Shown: positions 29,161 through 38,633 of the stretch, piece after piece | Position numbering within the stretch: position 1 is the stretch's first letter | Layout of the letters: each line of letters opens with the position of its first letter | Assembly (NCBI GenBank): GCA_018396975.1 | Contig: JAGTQA010000014.1 | Coordinates: forward strand, 1 to 61,283 | Direction: 5' to 3' | DNA length: 61,283 bases | Origin: Candidatus Bathyarchaeota archaeon | GTDB lineage: Archaea; Thermoproteota; Bathyarchaeia; Bathyarchaeales; DTEX01 | Program-made: the position numbers and the translations under genes | Notes under the pieces: generated by a model | Seen by the model: only the letters and a program-made list of their open reading frames with translations | Told to the model about the DNA's origin: nothing | Database searches by the model: none

Positions 29161-29200
29161 GGAGGGAGGGAGAGGCTAGCTGAAAAGATAGGGAGGTATC
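29161..29200 (+). repeat. Bipartite intergenic motif, copy B
   Basis: GGAGGGAGG-GAGAGGCTA-GCTGAAA-AGATAGGGAGGTATC. Confidence 0.7.
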
Positions 29201-29258
29201 ATGATGAAAATCTAGATAGATGGAGGAAACATACGGATGGATTCTCTGAGAAAGCCAG

Positions 29259-29504
29259 CTATTCCCGCTTCATCTCCTCAATAACAATCATAGTTAATGT
29301 TGACCTAACCTTATTCAATCTACGTATCCGCCAAGTAACTATATCTTTAAGCTTCTCCATCGATTCGGCTCTCACCTTAGCCACTATATCATAGACCCCA
29401 TAGACGCTATATGCCTCTTCAACACCCTCAACCTTCCTAAGTTCGTTTAGAACTTCCCCCTCCGAGCCTATCTCCGCATTTATTAACACGAATGCTATGG
29501 GCAT
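29259..29504 (-). CDS. Stand-alone Lrp/AsnC ligand-binding (RAM) domain protein
   Basis: IAFVLINAE...V.EAYSVYGVYDIVAKV pattern typical of RAM domains. No HTH. Confidence 0.7.
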   Translation of the reverse strand: MPIAFVLINAEIGSEGEVLNELRKVEGVEEAYSVYGVYDIVAKVRAESMEKLKDIVTWRIRRLNKVRSTLTMIVIEEMKRE

Positions 29505-29584
29505 TACACTCCCTCAACAATCAATAATAATTTAAATGCTTAAAAATCTTTTTAAATTCTTGTCAAGTCAGACCGGTGGATTAG

Positions 29585-31114
29585 ATGGCTGAGAAGATTA
29601 TAACGACTAGGGAGATGCGCGCCCTAGATGTAAATGCCGAATATTTCGGAATATCTAGATTGCAGCTCATGGAGAACGCTGGAAGAAGCGTCGCCATGGA
29701 GATAGCGTCCAGATTTAAGCCCCAAGAGGCAAGGGTTGCCATATTCTGCGGTTTAGGCGGGAATGGCGGCGATGGGCTTGTCGCAGCTAGACACCTAATA
29801 TGTTTAGGTTTTAGGGTCGATGTCATACTAGCCGGGAAATCATCTGACATAGTTAACGAGGAGACCAGAAGGAATTGGGAGGCTTTAAAATCGCTGCGTA
29901 GATCGCTAACCCTCTATGAGATTTATGATTCATCAATAATTCCGGAAAGTATTAAGGCCGAGGTTATAGTGGACGCCCTCCTCGGGATAGGGCTCAAAGC
30001 TCCCCCACGCCCGCCAATAGCACAGCTCATAAGAAAAATTAATGAGACCGATGCCTACAAGGTCTCCGTTGATGTCCCCAGTGGGCTAGACTCGGATACA
30101 GGTGCGGTTCTAGGCGAGGCTGTAAGGGCAAATTTAACGGTTACATTCCATAAAGCCAAGCCCGGGCTTCTCAAAGCCAGAGAATATGTTGGCGAACTAA
30201 TTGTTAAGCCGATAGGGATACCTGAGGAGGTGGAATGCTTCGCAGGGCCGGGAGATGTCATGATAGTCATAAGACCTAGGCCCCCAGAAGCTCATAAGGG
30301 CGATTTCGGCAGGCTGCTAATTGTTGGTGGAAGCGAGACCTTTAGTGGCGCACCCACACTAACAGCCCTAGCTGCACTAAGAACGGGCATAGACCTAGTT
30401 TATATTGCCGCCCCACGTGAGACCGCCTATGCCATCTCCTCAATATCACCAGATCTCATAACACTTAAGCTCGAGGGCGACCACTTGAGCATGCGAAATA
30501 TGCCGATAATAAGGAGCTATATGGAAAGGGCGACCGCTGTCGCCATAGGACCGGGCCTCGGCCTTCATAGGGAGACCGTAGAGGCTGTCGGTGAGATAAT
30601 AAGATTAGCTGAGGAGCGGAAGCTTCCAATACTATTAGACGCCGATGGACTAAAAGCCTTTTCCGGCTTTAAACGTAGGCTTGAGAGCCCAGCGGTCTTA
30701 ACGCCACACCCGGGTGAATATGCGATTTTGACCGGCGAGAAGCTTCCAGATAGCCTAGATGAGAGAGTTGAGCACGTAAAAAGAACGGCGGAGAAACTTA
30801 ATGCAATTATACTCCTAAAGTCTAACATAGACATAATCTCTGATGGCTTAAGGATTAAACTTAACTTTACTGGGAATCCGGGTATGACTGTCGGCGGAAC
30901 GGGTGATGTCCTATCTGGCATAGTTGCCGCCCTACTATCCCAAGGAATAGATCCATTTGAGGCTGCGGTGGCAGGGGCCTTCATTAATGGTGCTGCAGGA
31001 GATTTTGTGAGGGCTGAGAAGGGCTATCATATGGTTGCCACCGACCTAATTGAGTGGATCCCGAAGGTCATGGATAATCCAATGAGTCACGCCAAACTAA
31101 GAAGGGAATTCTAG
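29585..31114 (+). CDS. nnr: Bifunctional NAD(P)H-hydrate repair enzyme (epimerase/ADP-dependent dehydratase)
   Basis: YjeF-N (GLGGNGGDGLV) fused to a carbohydrate-kinase-like YjeF-C (GGTGDVLSG). Confidence 0.88.
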   Translation: MAEKIITTREMRALDVNAEYFGISRLQLMENAGRSVAMEIASRFKPQEARVAIFCGLGGNGGDGLVAARHLICLGFRVDVILAGKSSDIVNEETRRNWEALKSLRRSLTLYEIYDSSIIPESIKAEVIVDALLGIGLKAPPRPPIAQLIRKINETDAYKVSVDVPSGLDSDTGAVLGEAVRANLTVTFHKAKPGLLKAREYVGELIVKPIGIPEEVECFAGPGDVMIVIRPRPPEAHKGDFGRLLIVGGSETFSGAPTLTALAALRTGIDLVYIAAPRETAYAISSISPDLITLKLEGDHLSMRNMPIIRSYMERATAVAIGPGLGLHRETVEAVGEIIRLAEERKLPILLDADGLKAFSGFKRRLESPAVLTPHPGEYAILTGEKLPDSLDERVEHVKRTAEKLNAIILLKSNIDIISDGLRIKLNFTGNPGMTVGGTGDVLSGIVAALLSQGIDPFEAAVAGAFINGAAGDFVRAEKGYHMVATDLIEWIPKVMDNPMSHAKLRREF

Positions 31115-31139
31115 AAGCGCATATATGGAGACCTAAGTT

Positions 31140-31913
31140 ATGATCGTGGATTTTTTGATGCCTTCAATCCTACTCATAATAGTTGCATTAGCCCTCCTAC
31201 TCCACAAGAGAGTTGAGAGCAAAATGAGGAGGATATTGGAAGACAGGAAGCTTAGCGTCCGCGAGATAATTCTGATGGTTACGCTTATGGGCATAATGGT
31301 TAGTGTTGCCACCCTAATACCAGAATATGCGATCCAAATACTATTTATTGCAGCCTACTCCTACATGCTACTGGTATTCACATATATATTTTCAGGCAGA
31401 TTAGCCCTATCAATTCTTCCACCATCAATCTTTATAATAACCTACCTAATGACGGATAGCATTCTCGTCACGAATATCTTTGCAGCCATCTTTGCAATTA
31501 TGATCATAACATACCTCAACTCCCTATTCTCACTGAGGGTAGCCCTAATCTTCTCCGCGCTACTAATAGTTATGGACATAGTTCAAGTATTCTTTACAGG
31601 CCATATGGTTGGAGCCGCCATTAAAATGCTTTCTTTAAGGCTGCCGGTAGCCATAGTCCTTCCCGGAATTTCAGTGTTAGGTCTAGGCGATATATTTCTC
31701 TCCGGTCTCCTATCAACTCAGGCAGCATCAAGATATGGGCGTAAAGTGGGTCTCCTTACAGCGGCAACTATAAGCCTCGCATTCTTCATCTTCGAATTTT
31801 TAATGCTTAATTTTGGGCTTGGGGCCGGAGGTTTCCCTGCGACAGTAATAGTTCTCTTAGGCTGGCTGCTTGGCATAGGAATCTATACTCTTCAAAGAAG
31901 AGGGAGCAAATAA
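31140..31913 (+). CDS. Presenilin/signal-peptide-peptidase-like intramembrane aspartyl protease (DUF1119-like)
   Basis: Polytopic. GLGD motif (VLGLGDIFLSG), an upstream TM Asp (LIVMDIVQ), and a PAL-like PAT near the C-terminus. Confidence 0.55.
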   Translation: MIVDFLMPSILLIIVALALLLHKRVESKMRRILEDRKLSVREIILMVTLMGIMVSVATLIPEYAIQILFIAAYSYMLLVFTYIFSGRLALSILPPSIFIITYLMTDSILVTNIFAAIFAIMIITYLNSLFSLRVALIFSALLIVMDIVQVFFTGHMVGAAIKMLSLRLPVAIVLPGISVLGLGDIFLSGLLSTQAASRYGRKVGLLTAATISLAFFIFEFLMLNFGLGAGGFPATVIVLLGWLLGIGIYTLQRRGSK

Positions 31914-31945
31914 TGAGAAATCATGAAAAATAGAAATTGAGGATT

Positions 31946-33148
31946 TTAGATTCTGTTTTCTTCTATAAAGGCTTTTATCCTTCTCAGCCCTTCTTTGATA
32001 GTCTCTTCGGAGGCGGCGTATGAGAACCTTACGTGTTCACCCTCACCCTCATTCCTATGCCCAAAGTGTATATCTGATAGGACTGCTACACCAGCCTCAT
32101 AGAGTAGCCGTATTCTAAACTCCTCCGAGTCTTTGGCACCAACGATCTTGCATGCTTCGGTAACATTCGGCCAGACATAGAAGGCCCCTCCGGGCTTTAG
32201 GCATCTAATGCCCTCAATCGAATTTAGCCCATCGACAATTAGGTCCCTTCTCCTCCTGAAGCTCTCAACCATCCTCTTTGTGTCGTCTTGCGGACCTGTT
32301 AGAGCCGTTAGTGCCGCATACTGGTTGGGATGTGGCGCACATGACTCAGTATTTGTTACCCAGCGGGCTATATGCTCGGCGAGTAATGGGTTTGCGGCAA
32401 AGCCTATCCTCCAACCCGTCATAGCATATGTTTTTGAGACTCCATCAACGATTATTGTTCTCTCCTGCATTCCATCTATTGAGGCTATGCTAACAAATTC
32501 GCCCTCATAAACCATTCTAGAATAGACCTCGTCCGAGAAGACCCATAAATTATCGTATCGCTTAACTATATCCGCGATCTGCTCCAGAGTCTCCCTATCT
32601 AGGACCCCGCCAGTTGGGTTGTGTGGCGAATTCAATATTATGAGCCTAGTCCTCTCATTAACTAGCTTCTCAAGGTAATCAACGTCTATGCCAAATCCTT
32701 TCCTTTCAAGTAGTGGTATTGGAACTGGAACTGCCCCGTAAGCTCTTATCAGCGACTCATATATTGGGAAGCCCGGGTTCGGGTAGATTACCTCATGCCC
32801 CCTACCATAGTCCGTGACCGATAGTATCGTGTAGCCTATGAAAGGCTTAGCCCCACATGCTACCACAACCCACTCGGGTTTAACGTCTATCCCCCTAGTC
32901 TCCGAGAAGTACTCGGCTACTGCCTCCCTAAGCTCCGGTATTCCGGGCGATGGCGTATATCCAGTCTTGCCCTCCCTTATAGCCTTTATCGCACCCTCCT
33001 TTATGTATTCCGGCGTGTCAAAGTCCGGCTGGCCTATGCAGAAGTTCATTATGCTCTTGCCACTTCTAACTAGATCATTAACTTCCTTTAGAACTACAAA
33101 GGCATTCTCAGTCCCAAGATTCTTTGTTCTTTCCGATATCTCCAACAT
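31946..33148 (-). CDS. Class I PLP-dependent aminotransferase (aspartate aminotransferase-like)
   Basis: GQPDFDTP, NSPHNPTG, SKTYAMTGWRIG (PLP lysine). Start set at MLEISERT. Confidence 0.85.
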   Translation of the reverse strand: MLEISERTKNLGTENAFVVLKEVNDLVRSGKSIMNFCIGQPDFDTPEYIKEGAIKAIREGKTGYTPSPGIPELREAVAEYFSETRGIDVKPEWVVVACGAKPFIGYTILSVTDYGRGHEVIYPNPGFPIYESLIRAYGAVPVPIPLLERKGFGIDVDYLEKLVNERTRLIILNSPHNPTGGVLDRETLEQIADIVKRYDNLWVFSDEVYSRMVYEGEFVSIASIDGMQERTIIVDGVSKTYAMTGWRIGFAANPLLAEHIARWVTNTESCAPHPNQYAALTALTGPQDDTKRMVESFRRRRDLIVDGLNSIEGIRCLKPGGAFYVWPNVTEACKIVGAKDSEEFRIRLLYEAGVAVLSDIHFGHRNEGEGEHVRFSYAASEETIKEGLRRIKAFIEENRI

Positions 33149-33290
33149 TATACATCCTTCCCCTAATTTTTGCATCCAGTCCTTCAAACACTTCCAGTTT
33201 CTATGGACAAAACCTACTCAAAAATTTTTCTATTAGCGAAAACTCCAAAAGCATTAAATTGACCAATATATTATTTAGACAGTTTTTGAG

Positions 33291-33587
33291 GTGTATATGC
33301 TCGTGCTCAAAGCCGAATATAAGGTTGAGGGGGGTAAACTCATTAAGGTTCAGCTTGAGAGGGAGGATAATAAAATAAAGGCCATAAAAATTACCGGTGA
33401 CTTCTTTATGCATCCAGAGGAGCTAATTGACGAGCTTGAGAAATCCCTTATAGGATGCTCCATAGAAGAGTCAGCAATAACCGAAATAATAAAGCGTTTC
33501 ATTGAGGAGAAGGGAGTAATATTATTGGGTGTGGCCCCGGAGGACTTTGCAAAGTGTATTGTTAGGGCTGGTGGTAGTAGTGGCTGA
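33291..33587 (+). CDS. lplB: Lipoate-protein ligase accessory C-terminal domain protein
   Basis: KAEYKVEGGKLIKV...ITGDFFMHPEE pattern of the LplA C-terminal domain, encoded separately as in Thermoplasma. Confidence 0.7.
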   Translation: MYMLVLKAEYKVEGGKLIKVQLEREDNKIKAIKITGDFFMHPEELIDELEKSLIGCSIEESAITEIIKRFIEEKGVILLGVAPEDFAKCIVRAGGSSG

Positions 33588-34350
33588 GAAGTGGCGCCTA
33601 CTAGACACGGGTCTCAAAGATGCATTCTATAATATGGCTTTGGACGAGGCTATAGTCATAGCTAGGTCTAAAAATTTGGTGCCGAATACATTGCGCTTCT
33701 TTAGATGGGAGCCGTCAGCAGTTTCCATAGGATACTTCCAGAGCATGGAGGAGGAAGTGGATGTGGAAGCATGCAATAGATTGGGTATCGATTATGTTAG
33801 GAGGAGGACTGGCGGTGGAGCCGTATACCATGACCGTGATGGTGAATTAACATATAGTATTGTAATAAGTGAGAATCACCCATTAATCTCAAGGGACTTC
33901 CAGAAAACCTATGAGATATTGTGTTCTGGACTGGTTAGGGGCTTAAGGCTTCTAGGAATTCCAGCGGAGTTTAAGCCAATAAACGACATAGTTATTGGGG
34001 GAAAGAAGATATCTGGAAACGCCCAGACCAGAGGAATGGGCATTGTGCACCAGCATGGCACAATATTACGTGATGTTAATCCTAAGCTAATGTTCACGGT
34101 TCTCAAGGTTCCAAGCGAAAAAATCCGTGACAAAATGATAAAGTCTGTTGAGGAGAGGGTGACGTCAATAAAAAGTTATTTGGGGAGGGAAGTGACCTTT
34201 GAGGAGCTGAAGAATGCCTTGATTAGTGGTTTTGAGGAGGCATTAAATATTGAACTGGTCCCTGGGGAAATAACAGATTTTGAGGAGCGAATGGCTATGA
34301 AATTGAAGATGGAAAAATACTCCACTAGAGAATGGAATTTCAGGAGATAA
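33580..34350 (+). CDS. lplA: Lipoate-protein ligase A catalytic domain
   Basis: WRLLDTG...NMALDEAI, RRRTGGGAVYHD, KISGNAQ. GTG start at 33580 (or 33571) overlaps the lplB stop. The track ATG at 33529 is probably too far upstream. Confidence 0.8.
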   Translation: MAEKWRLLDTGLKDAFYNMALDEAIVIARSKNLVPNTLRFFRWEPSAVSIGYFQSMEEEVDVEACNRLGIDYVRRRTGGGAVYHDRDGELTYSIVISENHPLISRDFQKTYEILCSGLVRGLRLLGIPAEFKPINDIVIGGKKISGNAQTRGMGIVHQHGTILRDVNPKLMFTVLKVPSEKIRDKMIKSVEERVTSIKSYLGREVTFEELKNALISGFEEALNIELVPGEITDFEERMAMKLKMEKYSTREWNFRR

Positions 34351-34507
34351 GAACCGTATTCTTTTTTCTAGATAGTGAAATCTATCCTTTCTCACATATA
34401 CTGGAACTATGTTTTTTCCCTATTACTTTGAGATTCATAACTTATATTTTTAGGGCTTCTCTACAAAGCTAGCAAGCGCGGACACTTATGCTTGAGGGGG
34501 CATTAAA

Positions 34508-34765
34508 TTGTCGAAGAAAAGGTCAAGACTCGAAATTTACCTCGAAGTTTTGGAAACAATTATGTCTGGATACAGCAAGCCAACAAATATAATGTATAAG
34601 TGTAATCTCTCATGGATATCCCTCAAGGAGATCCTAGACTCGCTCGTCGAGAAGGGATTGGTCAAGGTGGTTGAGAAGAATAAGAGGCGGCTATACTTGA
34701 TAACGGAGAGGGGACGGGGAGTCGTAAATCGACTAGAGGAAACCTACAATCTGCTCTCAGCATAA
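34508..34765 (+). CDS. Small winged-helix DNA-binding protein (HTH_45-like)
   Basis: RLEIYLEVLETI...KPTNIMYKCNLSW..LKEILDSLVEKGLV pattern. Confidence 0.6.
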   Translation: MSKKRSRLEIYLEVLETIMSGYSKPTNIMYKCNLSWISLKEILDSLVEKGLVKVVEKNKRRLYLITERGRGVVNRLEETYNLLSA

Positions 34766-34861
34766 ACAACAATAATCTTCCCACTTTTATGCCATTGTTC
34801 TAAACACTAGAACAATTGTTCCAATAATTAGCATTAAGGATGCCATTGCATATTTCTAATA

Positions 34862-36796
34862 TTGGTGTTTAAGATGATGACCCGAATCTTTGGAAAAGTT
34901 ACTTTATCACTCCTCCTGACATCTCTGCTGGCAGCATTCCTGCCCCTAACATTCCTTGCTCTTACTACATTAGCCCCACCACGAAATAACCAGGGCATAA
35001 TTGCATCCGGCCGCGCAACTCTACTAAAATTTTCATCCTACGAGGAGCTAAGAACATTCCTGAACAGAAGTTGGAGTTCTTCGCGGAAGGTAATTATCAC
35101 ATCTAAAGATCCATTTCTCGCCCAGCGAGTCTCAACTTACTCTGAGGCCACTATGCACACCGCTTTTGACGTGGGATATTCGAAGACAAACGTTCAGGTT
35201 GAGGGCGTGGATGAAGCCGACATCGTAAAGACTGATGGCAGATGTATATATTTGGCTCTAGGCGAAAGGGTTCTGATAGTTAGAGCATACCCGCCCGAGG
35301 ATGCTTATGTAACCTCCGAGATCCGCTTAAACGGGACCATCTTAGGGCTCTTCATAAGTAATGGTAGTCTGGTCGTAATCTCCATTAACGATCACATTTA
35401 TTATGCCAAGATTGAGGAGGAAGAGGGCTATAGGGAATATAGGAAGGTATGGTCCATAGGTCCGCAGACATCAGTACTCGTTTATGATGTTGAAGATAGC
35501 GAAGCACCCAACCTCATTAGGAATGTCACTTTAAGTGGAGTATACTTTAACTCTAGGATGATTGGAGATTACGTCTATGTTCTAGCGTCTTCGCCAGCAT
35601 ATCTAGTGAATAGTGAGCCCATTCTACCAGAGATTCTTGATGGAACTCGAATTATGAGGGTTGATCCAGCGCAGATTTACTATTCTAATAGCTCAGATTT
35701 TTATAATGCATTTACAGTTATCGCCGCCATAAACATTCGGGATCCAAATGAGACCATCGCCTACGAGACATTTCTATTCGGCTATGCGAGCTGCATCTAC
35801 GTCTCCTTAAACAATATATATGTTGCGGTGCCGAAATATTTTGAGAGCCCCAGCACCGAGATTCATAGAATCCGCATCGAAGGCGGTAAGATAACTTATG
35901 AGGCTAGTGGCGTTGTTCCCGGAACAGTTCTAAATCAATTCTCAATGGACGAGTATAATGGTTACTTCAGAATAGCCACAATGGCTAATCAAGAGATAAT
36001 GGCTGGAGATTTACGTGATCAGGCGATGATCACAGTAGGTACCAACGTTTACGTACTAAACATGAGTTTAACAGTTATTGGCAAGCTTGAGGGGTTGGCT
36101 CCGGGCGAGCACATGTATTCAGCTAGGTTTATGGGTGACCGCTGCTACCTAGTAACATTCAAGAAGGTTGACCCGCTCTTCGTGGTAAGTCTCGAGGACC
36201 CATCTAATCCTAGGGTTCTTGGCAAACTCAAAATACCGGGATACTCCAATTACCTCCACCCATATAACGAGCGCCACTTAATTGGCATAGGTAAGTGGAC
36301 TGTTGAGGATGAGGAGGGCGACTTCGCTTGGTATCAGGGCGTAAAGATAGCGCTCTTCGATGTGAGTGATGTTGAGCACCCTAAGGAGAGAGATAGCTTC
36401 GTGATAGGTGATAGGGGGACTGAGTCGCCAGTTCTATACGATCATAAGGCTTTATTGTTTAATAGGGACCTTGACCTCCTTGCAATACCAGTTCTAGTTG
36501 CCGAGATAGATGAATCCAAGTATCCTGATGGAGTCCCACCATATATTTACGGGGACTATGTTTGGCAGGGTCTCTACGTCTTCAATATTACGGAGAGCAG
36601 TATAGTTTTGAGGGGTAGGATAACGCATATAAGCGACCAAGAAGAGTTCCTTAAAAGCGGATACTGGTTCTACTCAGAGTATAGTATTAAGCGGGCACTC
36701 TACATAGACAGCATACTGTACACAATCTCAAATAAAATGATAAAAATGAATGATCTTGTAAGCCTTGAGGAGATAGGAACTATAAATCTTCTATAG
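34862..36796 (+). CDS. Secreted beta-propeller domain protein (PF09826-like)
   Basis: N-terminal signal/TM, then TNVQVEGVDEADIVKTDG.YIY, characteristic of this family. Confidence 0.65.
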   Translation: MVFKMMTRIFGKVTLSLLLTSLLAAFLPLTFLALTTLAPPRNNQGIIASGRATLLKFSSYEELRTFLNRSWSSSRKVIITSKDPFLAQRVSTYSEATMHTAFDVGYSKTNVQVEGVDEADIVKTDGRCIYLALGERVLIVRAYPPEDAYVTSEIRLNGTILGLFISNGSLVVISINDHIYYAKIEEEEGYREYRKVWSIGPQTSVLVYDVEDSEAPNLIRNVTLSGVYFNSRMIGDYVYVLASSPAYLVNSEPILPEILDGTRIMRVDPAQIYYSNSSDFYNAFTVIAAINIRDPNETIAYETFLFGYASCIYVSLNNIYVAVPKYFESPSTEIHRIRIEGGKITYEASGVVPGTVLNQFSMDEYNGYFRIATMANQEIMAGDLRDQAMITVGTNVYVLNMSLTVIGKLEGLAPGEHMYSARFMGDRCYLVTFKKVDPLFVVSLEDPSNPRVLGKLKIPGYSNYLHPYNERHLIGIGKWTVEDEEGDFAWYQGVKIALFDVSDVEHPKERDSFVIGDRGTESPVLYDHKALLFNRDLDLLAIPVLVAEIDESKYPDGVPPYIYGDYVWQGLYVFNITESSIVLRGRITHISDQEEFLKSGYWFYSEYSIKRALYIDSILYTISNKMIKMNDLVSLEEIGTINLL

Positions 36797-36816
36797 GTGA
36801 GGAGTGCACCCCTTGC

Positions 36817-37470
36817 CTATTTTTGGCCCCTTATTATTTTCAGTATCTCATTTACTATGACATCTGGCGGGGTCATTAAATCGTTGCAGTATACGTCTTT
36901 CAGGAGACCTCTCTTCCGGTAGTAGTCTATTAGGGGCTCTGTGCTTCTCCTATAGACTTTCAGTCTCTCACTTATGACCTCAGGTTTATCATCCTCCCTT
37001 TGATAGAGTTCGCCGCCGCATATGTCACAGATCTCGTCGACTTTAGGCTTTAGAGTGAGACGGTTATATATGGCCCCGCATCTTCTGCATGTAAGCCTGT
37101 TAGATAGACGCTGAATTATTATCTCGTCTGGAACATTAAGATTTATGACGACATCGATGCTTGTAATTTCCTCTAGGGCTTCGGCCTGCCCTATAGTTCT
37201 TGGGAAACCATCCAATATGAAGCCTTTCTGAGCATCCGGTTTCTTTAATCTCTCAATTAGCAATCCAATTATTATCTCGTCTGGAACAAGCTCGCCCCTA
37301 TCACTATATTCCCTAATCTTTCTTCCAATCTCCGTCTGCGCCCTTATCTCCTCACGAACCATGTCGCCAGTGGATATGTGTGGTATCCCAAGGATATTGG
37401 TTAGCCTAGAGGCATATGTTCCCTTCCCAGAGCCCGGCGGACCAAGAATAACTATCCTCAATTTCGCCAC
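36817..37470 (-). CDS. adk: Adenylate kinase, long type with zinc-binding lid
   Basis: LRIVILGPPGSGKGT P-loop. Lid CRRCG...CDICGG. Start set at GTG 37470 (TTG 37461 is also possible). The upstream 40 aa of the track ORF look non-native. Confidence 0.85.
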   Translation of the reverse strand: MAKLRIVILGPPGSGKGTYASRLTNILGIPHISTGDMVREEIRAQTEIGRKIREYSDRGELVPDEIIIGLLIERLKKPDAQKGFILDGFPRTIGQAEALEEITSIDVVINLNVPDEIIIQRLSNRLTCRRCGAIYNRLTLKPKVDEICDICGGELYQREDDKPEVISERLKVYRRSTEPLIDYYRKRGLLKDVYCNDLMTPPDVIVNEILKIIRGQK

Positions 37471-37641
37471 CAGCACATGAATTTTTGTCAGAGTATCATA
37501 TGCATATTTCTCGGTTAACATTTTTCGATAAAAGTATTTTGGCAATGCGATTTTTCTCAAACCATTAAAATTTTCACTGCCAATGTGCAAAAGAAATACA
37601 TAAATATATAAAAATTGTGAATTTTAGTTTGATGATGCGAG

Positions 37642-37905
37642 ATGGCTCGGCGGGCTAAGAGTGAAGGTCAGAAGATGCTTAGGGCGGTCGTTGTTCTCCT
37701 TCGGAATACAACTTGGAAGTGCGGTAAGGTTGAGAGGCTTGTTATTCAGTATCTTCAGAGCCACCTCCTGAAGTATGGTTCTCCAAGATCGTCTGTTATG
37801 GAGATGGCGCAGTACTTTAATTTGAATGGTAAGCAGAAGAGCGAGTTCTTTGATGCCTTAAGGAGGCTGGAGAAGAGACACATAATAGAGATAAGGAGGC
37901 TTTAA
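37642..37905 (+). CDS. Hypothetical small basic protein (possible wHTH)
   Basis: ORF only. C-terminal ALRRLEKRHIIEIRR resembles a recognition wing. Confidence 0.35.
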   Translation: MARRAKSEGQKMLRAVVVLLRNTTWKCGKVERLVIQYLQSHLLKYGSPRSSVMEMAQYFNLNGKQKSEFFDALRRLEKRHIIEIRRL

Positions 37906-37973
37906 CCCAAACCACACCTTTATTCTTTTATTGCAAAATCAATCTTAGCATAAAATTCTTTTTCGGATCAGTT

Positions 37974-38011
37974 GATACCTCCCTATCTCTCGAATAGCCT
38001 CTCCCTCCTAG
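37974..38011 (-). repeat. Bipartite intergenic motif, copy C (reverse orientation)
   Basis: Reverse complement reads CTAGGAGG-GAGAGGCTA-TTCGAG-AGATAGGGAGGTATC. Confidence 0.7.
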
Positions 38012-38097
38012 AGGGCAGAGGCCTAATAAGATGGGGTTTCCAGATTCTCATTTTGGTGGGATTAAAAATAGGGTGGTTTGGCTCCTTGAATTTTAAG

Positions 38098-38586
38098 TTA
38101 TGTTCTCAAGGTCTCTTGGAAGAGCTTTTTCACAGCGGATATCCGTGATTTCTGCGCTAGAACATCCTTTGTTATGAAGTCTAGGGCCTTCTCAGGGCAC
38201 CATTCCACACACTTTGGGTTGCCATCGCATGTGTCGCATACAAATACAACCTTTTTATCTGGATGGAGCATTATGGCTCCGTAATCGCATGCTTCAATGC
38301 ACCATCCACAACCATTACACTTATCCTCATCAACCATTATTATGCCGGTTGTCTCAGACTGCTTCAGTGCATCGCGTGGACATGCTGCCACGCAGGGCGC
38401 ATCTTCACAGAGCCTGCATGAAAGGGACATATTTACGATGGTATCTAATCGGACAACTCTTATGCGTGATTTCAGCGGATTAAAAACTTTCTCTTTCTCG
38501 AATGAGCATATGTATTCGCAGACGCTGCATCCAACGCACTTCTCGGGGTCTGCTGAAACGAACTTTCTTGTATGTATATGCGACAT
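38098..38586 (-). CDS. 4Fe-4S dicluster ferredoxin-domain protein, AOR partner
   Basis: Several CxxCxxCxxxC(P) motifs. Lies immediately downstream of aor. Confidence 0.8.
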   Translation of the reverse strand: MSHIHTRKFVSADPEKCVGCSVCEYICSFEKEKVFNPLKSRIRVVRLDTIVNMSLSCRLCEDAPCVAACPRDALKQSETTGIIMVDEDKCNGCGWCIEACDYGAIMLHPDKKVVFVCDTCDGNPKCVEWCPEKALDFITKDVLAQKSRISAVKKLFQETLRT

Positions 38587-38633
38587 CTCATTTCTCCTCC
38601 ATTAACTTACCTTTCAGTTTGTTAACGCCGTTA

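Noticed and set aside
10041-29200. Motif copies A and B as direct repeats (att sites) bounding a 19-kb integrated element
   Set aside because: The intervening genes are core housekeeping (ligase, DRG GTPase, galKT, prefoldin, TiaS). There is no integrase, and a third inverted copy lies outside.
29201-29249. 49-nt AUGAUGA...CUGA segment with C/D-sRNA-compatible length
   Set aside because: The positions expected for D' and C' read AUGG and AAACAUA (or a distorted AUGGAGGA), and there is no terminal stem. It is kept only as a note under motif copy B.
29259-29504. Considered as the missing HypC (small ~80-aa protein)
   Set aside because: It lacks the MCxxxP N-terminus of HypC. The sequence fits a stand-alone Lrp/AsnC RAM domain instead.
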